Positions 51,901-64,000 of a stretch of 64,000 bases of DNA are shown piece by piece. A program made the translations under genes and the position numbers. The first letter of the stretch is position 1; each line of letters begins with the position of its first letter. The notes beneath the pieces are model-generated. The model saw nothing but the letters and a program-made list of their open reading frames with translations, made no database searches and had not been told where the DNA came from. This stretch comes from Eledone cirrhosa (lineage: Eukaryota), in NCBI GenBank assembly GCA_964016885.1, contig OZ024745.1, forward strand, positions 18,228,001 through 18,292,000, in the 5' to 3' direction.

Positions 51901-54900
51901 ACCTTCCCCTAACACCATGGTGGTGTTTGTTGGCACACTGCTAGTTCGTCTGAGTGCAATAACCTTCCCCTAGTACCATGGTGGTGTGTGTTAGCACACT
52001 GCTAGTTCGTCTGAGTGCAATAACCTTCCCCTAACACCATGGTGGTGTGTGTTGGCACACTGCTAGTTCGTCTAAGTGCAATAACCTTCCCCTAGTACCA
52101 TGGTGGTGTGTGTTGGCACACTGCTAGTTCGTCTAAGTGCAATAACCTTCCCCTAGCACCATGGTGGTGTGTGTTGGCACACTGCTAGTTCTTCTGAGTA
52201 TAATAACTTTTCCATAGTCCCATGGTGGCGTGTGTTGGCACACTGCTAGTTCGTCTAAGTGCAATAACTTCCCCTAACACCATGGTGGTGTGTGTTAGCA
52301 CACTGCTAGTTCGTCTAAGTGCAATAACCTTCCCCTAGTACCATGGTGGTGTGTGTTGGCACACTGCTAGTTCGTCTAAGTGCAATAACCTTCCCCTAAC
52401 ACCATGGTGGTGTCTGTTGGCACACTGCTAGTTCGGTTAAGTGCAATAACCTTCCCCTAACACCATGGTGGTGTTTGTTGGCACACTGCTAGTTCGTCTG
52501 AGTGCAATAACCTTCCCCTAACACCATGGTGGTGTGTGTTGGCACACTGCTAGTTCGGCTAAGTGCAATAACCTTCCCCTAATACCATGGTGGTGTGTGT
52601 TGGCACACGGCTTGTTCGTCTGAGCGCAATAACTTTCCCCTAGTACCATGGTGGTGTGTGTTGGCACACAGCTAGTTCGTCTGAGTGCAATAACCTTCCC
52701 CTAATACCATGGTGGTGTGTGTTGGCACACTGCTACTTCGTCTAAGTGCAATAACCTTCCCCTAACACCATGGTGGTGTGTGTTGGCACACTGCTAGTTC
52801 GGCTAAGTGCAATAACCTTCCCCTAACACCATGGTGGTGTGTGTTGGCACACTGCTAGTTCGGCTATGTGCAATAAACTTCCCCTAACACCATGGTGGTG
52901 TGTGTTGGCACACTCCTAGTTCGGCTAAGTGCATTAACCTTCCCCTAACACCATGGTGGTGTGTGTTGGCACACTGCTAGTTCGTCTGAGTGCAATAACC
53001 TTCCCCTAACACCATGGTGGTGTGTGTTGGCACACTGCTAGTTCGGCTAAGTGCAATAACCTTCCCCTAACACCATGGTGGTGTGTGTTGGCACATTGCT
53101 AGTTCGCCTAAGTGCAATAACTTCCCCTAACACCATGGTGGTGTGTGTTGGCACACTGCTAGTTCGTCTGAGTGCAATAACCTTCCCCTAACACCATGGT
53201 GGTGTGTGTTGGCACACTGCTAGTTCGGCTAAGTACAATAACTTTCCCCTAGTACCATGGTGGTGTGTGTTGGCACACTGCTAGTTCGTCTAAGTGCAAT
53301 AACCTTCCCCTAACACCATGGTGGTGTGTGTTGGCACACTGCTAGTTTGGCTAAGTGCAATAACCTTCCCCTAACACCATGGTGGTGTTTGTTGGCACAC
53401 TGCTAGTTCGTCTAAGTGCAATAACCTTCCCCTAGTACCATGGTGGTGTGTGTTAGCACACTGCTAGTTCGTCTGAGTGCAATAACCTTCCCCTAACACC
53501 ATGGTGGTGTGTGTTGGCACACTGCTAGTTCGTCTAAGTGCAATAACCTTCGCCTAGCACCATGGTGGTGTGTGTTGGCATTCTGCTAGTTCGTGTAAGT
53601 GCAATAACCTTCCCCTAGTACCATGGTGGTGTGTGTTGGCACACTGCTAGTTCGTCTAAGTGCAATAACCTTCCCCTAGAACCATGGTGGTGTGTGTTGG
53701 CACACTGCTAGTTCGTCTAAGTGCAATAACCTTCCCCTAGCACCATGGTGGTGTGTGTTGGCACACTGCTAGTTCTTCTGAGTATAATAACTTTTCCATA
53801 GTCCCATGGTGGCGTGTGTTGGCACACTGCTAGTTCGTCTAAGTGCAATAACTTCCCCTAACACCATGGTGGTGTGTGTTAGCACACTGCTAGTTCGTCT
53901 AAGTGCAATAACCTTCCCCTAGTACCATGGTGGTGTGTGTTGGCACACTGCTAGTTCGTCTAAGTGCAATAACCTTCCCCTAACACCATGGTGGTGTGTG
54001 TTGGCACACTGCTAGTTCGGTTAAGTGCAATAACCTTCCCCTAACACCATGGTGGTGTTTGTTGGCACACTGCTAGTTCGTCTGAGTGCAATAACCTTCC
54101 CCTAGTACCATGGTGGTGTGTGTTAGCACACTGCTAGTTCGTCTGAGTGCAATAACCTTCCCCTAACACCATGGTGGTGTGTGTTGGCACACTGCTAGTT
54201 CGTCTAAGTGCAATAACCTTCCCCTAGTACCATGGTGGTGTGTGTTGGCACACTGCTAGTTCGTCTGAGTGCAATAACCTTCCCCTAACACCATGGTGGT
54301 GTGTGTTGGCACACTGCTTGTTCGTCTGAGTGCAATAACATTCCCCTAGTACCATGGTGGTGTGTGTTGGCACACTGCTAGTTCGTCTGAGTACAATAAC
54401 TTTTCCCTAGTCCCATGGTGGCGTGTGTTGGCACACTGCTAGTTCGTCTGAGTGCAATAACCTTCGCCTAGCACCATGGTGGTGTGTGTTGGCACACTGC
54501 TAGTTCGTCTAAGTGCAATAACTTCCCCTAACACCATGGTGGTGTGTGTTGGCACACTGCTAGTTCGTCTAAGTGCAATAACCTTCCCCTAGAACCATGG
54601 TGGTGTGTGTTGGCACACTGCTAGTTCGTCTAAGTGCAATAACCTTCCCCTAGAACCATGGTGGTGTGTGTTGGCACACTGCTAGTTCGTCTAAGTGCAA
54701 TAACCTTCCCCTAGCACCATGGTGGTGTGTGTTGGCACACTGCTAGTTCTTCTGAGTATAATAACTTTTCCATAGTCCCATGGTGGCGTGTGTTGGCACA
54801 CTGCTAGTTCGTCTAAGTGCAATAACTTCCCCTAACACCATGGTGGTGTGTGTTAGCACACTGCTAGTTCGTCTAAGTGCAATAACCTTCCCCTAGTACC

Positions 54901-56460
54901 ATGGTGGTGTGTGTTGGCACACTGCTAGTTCGTCTAAGTGCAATAACCTTCGCCTAGCACCATGGTGGTGTGTTTTGGCACACTGCTAGTTCATCTAAGT
55001 GCAATAACCTTCCCCTAGTACCATGGTGGTGTGTGTTGGCACACGGCTAGTTCGTCTGAGTGCAATAACCTTCCCCTAGAACCATGGTGGTGTGTGTGGG
55101 CACACTTCTAGTTCGTCTAACTGCAATAACTTCCCCTAACACCATGGTGGTGTGTGTTGGCACACTGCTAGTTCGTCTAAGTGCAATAACCTTCCCCTAA
55201 CACCATGGTGGTGTGTGTTGGCACACGGCTAGTTCGGCTAAGTGCAATAACCTTCCCCTAACACCATGTTGGTGTGTGTTGGCACACTGCTAGTTCGTCT
55301 GAGTGCAATAACCTTCCCCTAACACCATGGTGGTGTGTGTTGGCACACTGCTAGTTCGGCTAAGTGCAATAACCTTCCCCTAATACCATGGTGGTGTGTG
55401 TTGGCACACGGCTTGTTCGTCTGAGCGCAATAACTTTCCCCTAGTACCATGGTGGTGTGTGTTGGCACACAGCTAGTTCGTCTGAGTGCAATAACCTTCC
55501 CCTAATACCATGGTGGTGTGTGTTGGCACACTGCTACTTCGTCTAAGTGCAATAACCTTCCCCTAACACCATGGTGGTGTGTGTTGGCACACTGCTAGTT
55601 CGGCTAAGTGCAATAACCTTCCCCTAACACCATGGTGGTGTGTGTTGGCACACTGCTAGTTCGGCTATGTGCAATAAACTTCCCCTAACACCATGGTGGT
55701 GTGTGTTGGCACACTGCTAGTTCGGCTAAGTGCATTAACCTTCCCCTAACACCATGGTGGTGTGTGTTGGCACACTGCTAGTTCGTCTGAGTGCAATAAC
55801 CTTCCCCTAACACCATGGTGGTGTGTGTTGGCACACTGCTAGTTCGGCTAAGTGCAATAACCTTCCCCTAACACCATGGTGGTGTGTGTTGGCACATTGC
55901 TAGTTCGCCTAAGTGCAATAACTTCCCCTAACACCATGGTGGTGTGTGTTGGCACACTGCTAGTTCGTCTGAGTGCAATAACCTTCCCCTAACACCATGG
56001 TGGTGTGTGTTGGCACACTGCTAGTTCGGCTAAGTACAATAACTTTCCCCTAGTACCATGGTGGTGTGTGTTGGCACACTGCTAGTTCGTCTAAGTGCAA
56101 TAACCTTCCCCTAACACCATGGTGGTGTGTGTTGGCACACTGCTAGTTTGGCTAAGTGCAATAACCTTCCCCTAACACCATGGTGGTGTTTGTTGGCACA
56201 CTGCTAGTTCGTCTAAGTGCAATAACCTTCCCCTAGTACCATGGTGGTGTGTGTTAGCACACTGCTAGTTCGTCTGAGTGCAATAACCTTCCCCTAACAC
56301 CATGGTGGTGTGTGTTGGCACACTGCTAGTTCGTCTAAGTGCAATAACCTTCGCCTAGCACCATGGTGGTGTGTGTTGGCATTCTGCTAGTTCGTGTAAG
56401 TGCAATAACCTTCCCCTAGTACCATGGTGGTGTGTGTTGGCACACTGCTAGTTCGTCTAA
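48990..56460. repeat. Nested duplications with offsets 548, 2132 and 4933 bp
   Basis: The TTCTTCTGAG marker is at 49814, 51641, 52189, 53773 and 54747. The ATTCTG marker is at 51448, 53580 and 56381. Pairs give +548, +2132 (51641/53773, 51448/53580) and +4933 (49814/54747, 51448/56381). Boundaries are approximate. Confidence 0.8.
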
Positions 56461-59400
56461 GTGCAATAACCTTCGCCTAGCACCATGGTGGTGTGTGTTG
56501 GCACACTGCTAGTTCGTCTGAGTGCAATAACCTTCCCCTAACACCATGGTGGTGTGTGTTGGCACAGGGCTAGTTCGTCTGAGTGCAATAACCTTCCCCT
56601 AACACCATGTTGGTGTGTGTTGGCACACTGCTAATTCGTCTGAGTGCAATAACCTTCGCCTAACACCATGGTGGTGTGTGTTGGCACACTGCTAGTTCGT
56701 CTAAGTGCAATAACTTCCCCTAACACCATGGTGGTGTGTGTTGGCACACTGCTAGTTCGTCTAAGTGCAATAACCTTCCCCTAGTACCATGGTGGTGTGT
56801 GTTGGCACACTGCTAGTTCGTCTGAGTGCAATAACCTTCCCCTAGAACCATGGTGGTGTGTGTGGGCACACTGCTAGTTCGTCTAAGTGCAATAACTTCC
56901 CCTAACACCATGGTGGTGTGTGTTGGCACACTGCTAGTTCGTCTAAGTGCAATAACCTTCCCCTAGTGCCATGGTGGTGTGTGTTGGCACACTGCTAGTT
57001 CGTCTAAGTGCAATAACCTTCGCCTAGCACCATGGTGGTGTGTGTTGGCACACTGCTAGTTCATCTAAGTGCAATAACCTTCCCCTAGAACCATGGTGGT
57101 GTGTGTGGGCACACTTCTAGCTCGTCTAAGTGCAATAACTTCCCCTAGTACCATGGTGGTGTGTGTTGGCACACTGCTAGTTCGTCTAAGTGCAATAACC
57201 TTCGCCTAACACCATGGTGGTGTGTGTTGGCACACTGCTAGTTCGTCTAAGTGCAATAACCTTCGCCTAACACCATGGTGGTGTGTGTTGGCACTCTGCT
57301 AGTTCGTCTAAGTGCAATAACTTCCCCTAACACCATGGTGGTGTGTGTTGGCACACTGCTAGTTCATCTAAGTGCAATAACCTTCCCCTAGTACCATGGT
57401 GGTGTGTGTTGGCACACGGCTAGTTCGTCTAAGTGCAATAACCTTCCCCTAATACCATGGTGGTGTGTGTTGGCACACGGCTTGTTCGTCTGAGCGCAAT
57501 AACTTTCCCCTAGCACCATGGTGGTGTGTGTTGGCACACGGCTAGTTCGTCTGAGAGCAATAACTTTCCCCTAGTACCATGGTGGTGTGTGTTGGCACAC
57601 TGCTAGTTCGTCTAAGTGCAATAACCTTCCCCTAACACCATGGTGGTGTGTGTTGGCACACGGCTAGTTCGGCTAAGTGCAATAACCTTCCCCTAACACC
57701 ATGTTGGTGTGTGTTGGCACACTGCTAGTTCGTCTGAGTGCAATAACCTTCCCCTAACACCATGGTGGTGTGTGTTGGCACACTGCTAGTTCGGCTAAGT
57801 GCAATAACCTTCCCCTAACACCATGGTGGTGTGTGTTGGCACACTGCTAGTTAGCCTAAGTGCAATAACTTCCCCTAACACCATGGTGGTGTGTGTTGGC
57901 ACACTGCTAGTTCGTCTGAGTGCAATAACCTTCCCCTAACACCATGGTGGTGTGTGTTGGCACACTGCTAGTTCGTCTGAGTACAATAACTTTTCCCTAG
58001 TCCCATGGTGGCGTGTGTTGGCACACTGCTAGTTCGTCTGAGTGCAATAACCTTCGCCTAGCACCATGGTGGTGTGTGTTGGCACACTGCTAGTTCGTCT
58101 AAGTGCAATAACTTCCCCTAACACCATGGTGGTGTGTGTTGGCACACTGCTAGTTCGTCTAAGTGCAATAACCTTCCCCTAGAACCATGGTGGTGTGTGT
58201 TGGCACACTGCTAGTTCGTCTAAGTGCAATAACCTTCCCCTAGAACCATGGTGGTGTGTGTTGGCACACTGCTAGTTCGTCTAAGTGCAATAACCTTCCC
58301 CTAGCACCATGGTGGTGTGTGTTGGCACACTGCTAGTTCGTCTGAGTATAATAACTTTTCCATAGTCCCATGGTGGCGTGTGTTGGCACACTGCTAGTTC
58401 GTCTAAGTGCAATAACTTCCCCTAACACCATGGTGGTGTGTGTTAGCACACTGCTAGTTCGTCTAAGTGCAATAACCTTCCCCTAGTACCATGGTGGTGT
58501 GTGTTGGCACACTGCTAGTTCGTCTAAGTGCAATAACCTTCGCCTAGCACCATGGTGGTGTGTTTTGGCACACTGCTAGTTCATCTAAGTGCAATAACCT
58601 TCCCCTAGTACCATGGTGGTGTGTGTTGGCACACGGCTAGTTCGTCTGAGTGCAATAACCTTCCCCTAGAACCATGGTGGTGTGTGTGGGCACACTTCTA
58701 GTTCGTCTAACTGCAATAACTTCCCCTAACACCATGGTGGTGTGTGTTGGCACACTGCTAGTTCGTCTAAGTGCAATAACCTTCCCCTAACACCATGGTG
58801 GTGTGTGTTGGCACACGGCTAGTTCGGCTAAGTGCAATAACCTTCCCCTAACACCATGTTGGTGTGTGTTGGCACACTGCTAGTTCGTCTGAGTGCAATA
58901 ACCTTCCCCTAACACCATGGTGGTGTGTGTTGGCACACTGCTAGTTCGGCTAAGTGCAATAACCTTCCCCTAATACCATGGTGGTGTGTGTTGGCACACG
59001 GCTTGTTCGTCTGAGCGCAATAACTTTCCCCTAGTACCATGGTGGTGTGTGTTGGCACACAGCTAGTTCGTCTGAGTGCAATAACCTTCCCCTAATACCA
59101 TGGTGGTGTGTGTTGGCACACTGCTACTTCGTCTAAGTGCAATAACCTTCCCCTAACACCATGGTGGTGTGTGTTGGCACACTGCTAGTTCGGCTAAGTG
59201 CAATAACCTTCCCCTAACACCATGGTGGTGTGTGTTGGCACACTGCTAGTTCGGCTATGTGCAATAAACTTCCCCTAACACCATGGTGGTGTGTGTTGGC
59301 ACACTGCTAGTTCGGCTAAGTGCATTAACCTTCCCCTAACACCATGGTGGTGTGTGTTGGCACACTGCTAGTTCGTCTGAGTGCAATAACCTTCCCCTAA

Positions 59401-61072
59401 CACCATGGTGGTGTGTGTTGGCACACTGCTAGTTCGGCTAAGTGCAATAACCTTCCCCTAACACCATGGTGGTGTGTGTTGGCACATTGCTAGTTCGCCT
59501 AAGTGCAATAACTTCCCCTAACACCATGGTGGTGTGTGTTGGCACACTGCTAGTTCGTCTGAGTGCAATAACCTTCCCCTAACACCATGGTGGTGTGTGT
59601 TGGCACACTGCTAGTTCGGCTAAGTACAATAACTTTCCCCTAGTACCATGGTGGTGTGTGTTGGCACACTGCTAGTTCGTCTAAGTGCAATAACCTTCCC
59701 CTAACACCATGGTGGTGTGTGTTGGCACACTGCTAGTTTGGCTAAGTGCAATAACCTTCCCCTAACACCATGGTGGTGTTTGTTGGCACACTGCTAGTTC
59801 GTCTAAGTGCAATAACCTTCCCCTAGTACCATGGTGGTGTGTGTTAGCACACTGCTAGTTCGTCTGAGTGCAATAACCTTCCCCTAACACCATGGTGGTG
59901 TGTGTTGGCACACTGCTAGTTCGTCTAAGTGCAATAACCTTCGCCTAGCACCATGGTGGTGTGTGTTGGCATTCTGCTAGTTCGTGTAAGTGCAATAACC
60001 TTCCCCTAGTACCATGGTGGTGTGTGTTGGCACACTGCTAGTTCGTCTAAGTGCAATAACCTTCGCCTAGCACCATGGTGGTGTGTGTTGGCACACTGCT
60101 AGTTCGTCTGAGTGCAATAACCTTCCCCTAACACCATGGTGGTGTGTGTTGGCACAGGGCTAGTTCGTCTGAGTGCAATAACCTTCCCCTAACACCATGT
60201 TGGTGTGTGTTGGCACACTGCTAATTCGTCTGAGTGCAATAACCTTCGCCTAACACCATGGTGGTGTGTGTTGGCACACTGCTAGTTCGTCTAAGTGCAA
60301 TAACTTCCCCTAACACCATGGTGGTGTGTGTTGGCACACTGCTAGTTCGTCTAAGTGCAATAACCTTCCCCTAGTACCATGGTGGTGTGTGTTGGCACAC
60401 TGCTAGTTCGTCTGAGTGCAATAACCTTCCCCTAGAACCATGGTGGTGTGTGTGGGCACACTGCTAGTTCGTCTAAGTGCAATAACTTCCCCTAACACCA
60501 TGGTGGTGTGTGTTGGCACACTGCTAGTTCGTCTAAGTGCAATAACCTTCCCCTAGTGCCATGGTGGTGTGTGTTGGCACACTGCTAGTTCGTCTAAGTG
60601 CAATAACCTTCGCCTAGCACCATGGTGGTGTGTGTTGGCACACTGCTAGTTCATCTAAGTGCAATAACCTTCCCCTAGAACCATGGTGGTGTGTGTGGGC
60701 ACACTTCTAGCTCGTCTAAGTGCAATAACTTCCCCTAGTACCATGGTGGTGTGTGTTGGCACACTGCTAGTTCGTCTAAGTGCAATAACCTTCGCCTAAC
60801 ACCATGGTGGTGTGTGTTGGCACACTGCTAGTTCGTCTAAGTGCAATAACCTTCGCCTAACACCATGGTGGTGTGTGTTGGCACTCTGCTAGTTCGTCTA
60901 AGTGCAATAACTTCCCCTAACACCATGGTGGTGTGTGTTGGCACACTGCTAGTTCATCTAAGTGCAATAACCTTCCCCTAGTACCATGGTGGTGTGTGTT
61001 GGCACACGGCTAGTTCGTCTAAGTGCAATAACCTTCCCCTAATACCATGGTGGTGTGTGTTGGCACACGGCT
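54351..61072. repeat. Higher-order duplication, 3590-bp offset (59 monomers): 54351-57482 repeated at 57941-61072
   Basis: ATTCTG at 56381/59971 with the same order of variant monomers. The copies differ at the TTCT/TTCG site (54747/58337). The match ends at 57483/61073. Confidence 0.88.
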
Positions 61073-64000
61073 AGTTCGGCTAAGTGCAATAACCTTCCCC
61101 TAACACCATGTTGGTGTGTGTTGGCACACTGCTAGTTCGTCTGAGTGCAATAACCTTCCCCTAACACCATGGTGGTGTGTGTTGGCACACTGCTAGTTCG
61201 GCTAAGTGCAATAACCTTCCCCTAACACCATGGTGGTGTGTGTTGGCACACTGCTAGTTAGCCTAAGTGCAATAACTTCCCCTAACACCATGGTGGTGTG
61301 TGTTGGCACACTGCTAGTTCGTCTGAGTGCAATAACCTTCCCCTAACACCATGGTGGTGTGTGTTGGCACACTGCTAGTTCGTCTAAGTGCAATAACCTT
61401 CCCCTAACACCATGGTGGTGTGTGTTGGCACACTGCTAGTTCGGTTAAGTGCAATAACCTTCCCCTAACACCATGGTGGTGTTTGTTGGCACACTGCTAG
61501 TTCGTCTGAGTGCAATAACCTTCCCCTAGTACCATGGTGGTGTGTGTTAGCACACTGCTAGTTCGTCTGAGTGCAATAACCTTCCCCTAACACCATGGTG
61601 GTGTGTGTTGGCACACTGCTAGTTCGTCTAAGTGCAATAACCTTCCCCTAGTACCATGGTGGTGTGTGTTGGCACACTGCTAGTTCGTCTGAGTGCAATA
61701 ACCTTCCCCTAACACCATGGTGGTGTGTGTTGGCACACTGCTTGTTCGTCTGAGTGCAATAACATTCCCCTAGTACCATGGTGGTGTGCGTTGGCACACT
61801 GCTAGTTCGTCTGAGTACAATAACTTTTCCCTAGTCCCATGGTGGCGTGTGTTGGCACACTGCTAGTTCGTCTGAGTGCAATAACCTTCGCCTAGCACCA
61901 TGGTGGTGTGTGTTGGCACACTGCTAGTTCGTCTAAGTGCAATAACTTCCCCTAACACCATGGTGGTGTGTGTTGGCACACTGCTAGTTCGTCTAAGTGC
62001 AATAACCTTCCCCTAGAACCATGGTGGTGTGTGTTGGCACACTGCTAGTTCGTCTAAGTGCAATAACCTTCCCCTAGAACCATGGTGGTGTGTGTTGGCA
62101 CACTGCTAGTTCGTCTAAGTGCAATAACCTTCCCCTAGCACCATGGTGGTGTGTGTTGGCACACTGCTAGTTCGTCTGAGTATAATAACTTTTCCATAGT
62201 CCCATGGTGGCGTGTGTTGGCACACTGCTAGTTCGTCTAAGTGCAATAACTTCCCCTAACACCATGGTGGTGTGTGTTAGCACACTGCTAGTTCGTCTAA
62301 GTGCAATAACCTTCCCCTAGTACCATGGTGGTGTGTGTTGGCACACTGCTAGTTCGTCTAAGTGCAATAACCTTCGCCTAGCACCATGGTGGTGTGTTTT
62401 GGCACACTGCTAGTTCATCTAAGTGCAATAACCTTCCCCTAGTACCATGGTGGTGTGTGTTGGCACACGGCTAGTTCGTCTGAGTGCAATAACCTTCCCC
62501 TAGAACCATGGTGGTGTGTGTGGGCACACTTCTAGTTCGTCTAACTGCAATAACTTCCCCTAACACCATGGTGGTGTGTGTTGGCACACGGCTAGTTCGT
62601 CTAAGTGCAATAACCTTCCCCTAATACCATGGTGGTGTGTGTTGGCACACTGCTAGTTCGTCTAAGTGCAATAACATTCCCCTAGTACCATGGTGGTGTG
62701 TGTTGGCACACTGCTAGTTCGTCTAAGTGCAATAACCTTCCCCTAACACCATGGTGGTGTGTGTTGGCACACTGCTAGTTCGTCTAAGTGCAATAACCTT
62801 TCCCTAGCACCATGGTGGTGTGTGTTGGCACACTGCTAGTTCGTCTAAGTGCAATAACCTTCCCCTAGTACCATTGTGGTGTGTGCTGGCACACTGCTAG
62901 TTCGTCTAAGTGCAATAACTTCCCCTAACCCCATGGTGGTGTGTGTTGGGACACTGCTAGTTCGTCTAAGTGCAATAACCTTCCCCTAGTACCATGGTGG
63001 TGTGTGTTGGCACACGGCTAGTTCGTCTAAGTGCAATAACCTTCCCCTAATACCATGGTGGTGTGTGTTGGCACACGGCTTGTTCGTCTGAGCGCAATAA
63101 CTTTCCCCTAGCACCATGGTGGTGTGTGTTGGCACACGGCTAGTTCGTCTGAGCGCAATAACTTTCCCCTAGTACCATGGTGGTGTGTGTTGGCACACTG
63201 CTAGTTCGTCTAAGTGCAATAACCTTCCCCTAACACCATGGTGGTGTGTGTTGGCACACGGCTAGTTCGGCTAAGTGCAATAACCTTCCCCTAACACCAT
63301 GTTGGTGTGTGTTGGCACACTGCTAGTTCGTCTGAGTGCAATAACCTTCCCCTAACACCATGGTGGTGTGTGTTGGCACACTGCTAGTTCGGCTAAGTGC
63401 AATAACCTTCCCCTAACACCATGGTGGTGTGTGTTGGCACACTGCTAGTTAGCCTAAGTGCAATAACTTCCCCTAACACCATGGTGGTGTGTGTTGGCAC
63501 ACTGCTAGTTCGTCTGAGTGCAATAACCTTCCCCTAACACCATGGTGGTGTGTGTTGGCACACTGCTAGTTCGTCTAAGTGCAATAACCTTCCCCTAACA
63601 CCATGGTGGTGTGTGTTGGCACACTGCTAGTTCGGTTAAGTGCAATAACCTTCCCCTAACACCATGGTGGTGTTTGTTGGCACACTGCTAGTTCGTCTGA
63701 GTGCAATAACCTTCCCCTAGTACCATGGTGGTGTGTGTTAGCACACTGCTAGTTCGTCTGAGTGCAATAACCTTCCCCTAACACCATGGTGGTGTGTGTT
63801 GGCACACTGCTAGTTCGTCTAAGTGCAATAACCTTCCCCTAGTACCATGGTGGTGTGTGTTGGCACACTGCTAGTTCGTCTGAGTGCAATAACCTTCCCC
63901 TAACACCATGGTGGTGTGTGTTGGCACACTGCTTGTTCGTCTGAGTGCAATAACATTCCCCTAGTACCATGGTGGTGTGTGTTGGCACACTGCTAGTTCG

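Larger units (their letters stand above)
1..64000. repeat. 61-bp tandem satellite array, about 1,050 monomers, extending past both window edges
   Basis: The unit CCATGGTGGTGTGTGTTGGCACACTGCTAGTTCGTCTAAGTGCAATAACCTTCCCCTAACA recurs head-to-tail from the first to the last base (e.g. 842-902). Most copies differ from it by 0-5 substitutions. Units of 60 bp (AACTTCCCC instead of AACCTTCCCC) are interspersed. No non-repeat interruption or inversion was seen. Confidence 0.99.

Noticed and set aside
1-64000. CRISPR array (regular ~61-bp period with a palindromic part)
   Set aside because: There are no unique spacers. The entire unit is conserved and no cas genes or leader are present.
1-64000. Long repetitive protein-coding gene
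   Set aside because: 61 is not a multiple of 3 and every frame on both strands meets a stop within a few monomers. The longest ATG-initiated ORF I found is 58 aa.
1-64000. Assignment to a named repeat (human 61-bp subtelomeric repeat, trypanosomatid rDNA spacer repeats, a known centromeric satellite)
   Set aside because: Only the length is similar and I do not recognise the sequence. A BLASTn/Dfam/Repbase search is needed. Centromeric function cannot be inferred from sequence alone.

Overview
The whole 64 kb window is one uninterrupted head-to-tail tandem array (satellite DNA) of about 1,050 copies of a 61-bp monomer. The consensus is CCATGGTGGTGTGTGTTGGCACACTGCTAGTTCGTCTAAGTGCAATAACCTTCCCCTAACA (30/61 GC). 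All copies are in the same orientation, and a 60-bp one-base-deletion variant is common. I saw no unique sequence, conventional gene, RNA gene, transposon or CRISPR spacer, and I do not recognise the repeat family or organism. Diagnostic variants show an irregular, nested higher-order structure: local 183-bp trimers, segmental duplications with offsets of 2068, 2132, 3225, 3227, 3590, 4200, ~4812 and 4933 bp, and variant-defined domains. The most unusual observation is that each monomer is almost exactly one micro-ORF. It has a strong Kozak context (ACCATGG), 18 codons (MVVCVGTLLVRLSAITFP), a stop, and 4 nt before the next ATG. The commonest substitutions are silent in that frame, including TAA/TAG, and the common 60-bp variant fuses neighbouring ORFs in frame. 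Whether this is translated or under selection is unproven, because rare variants look roughly neutral. All coordinates and tallies were read by eye.
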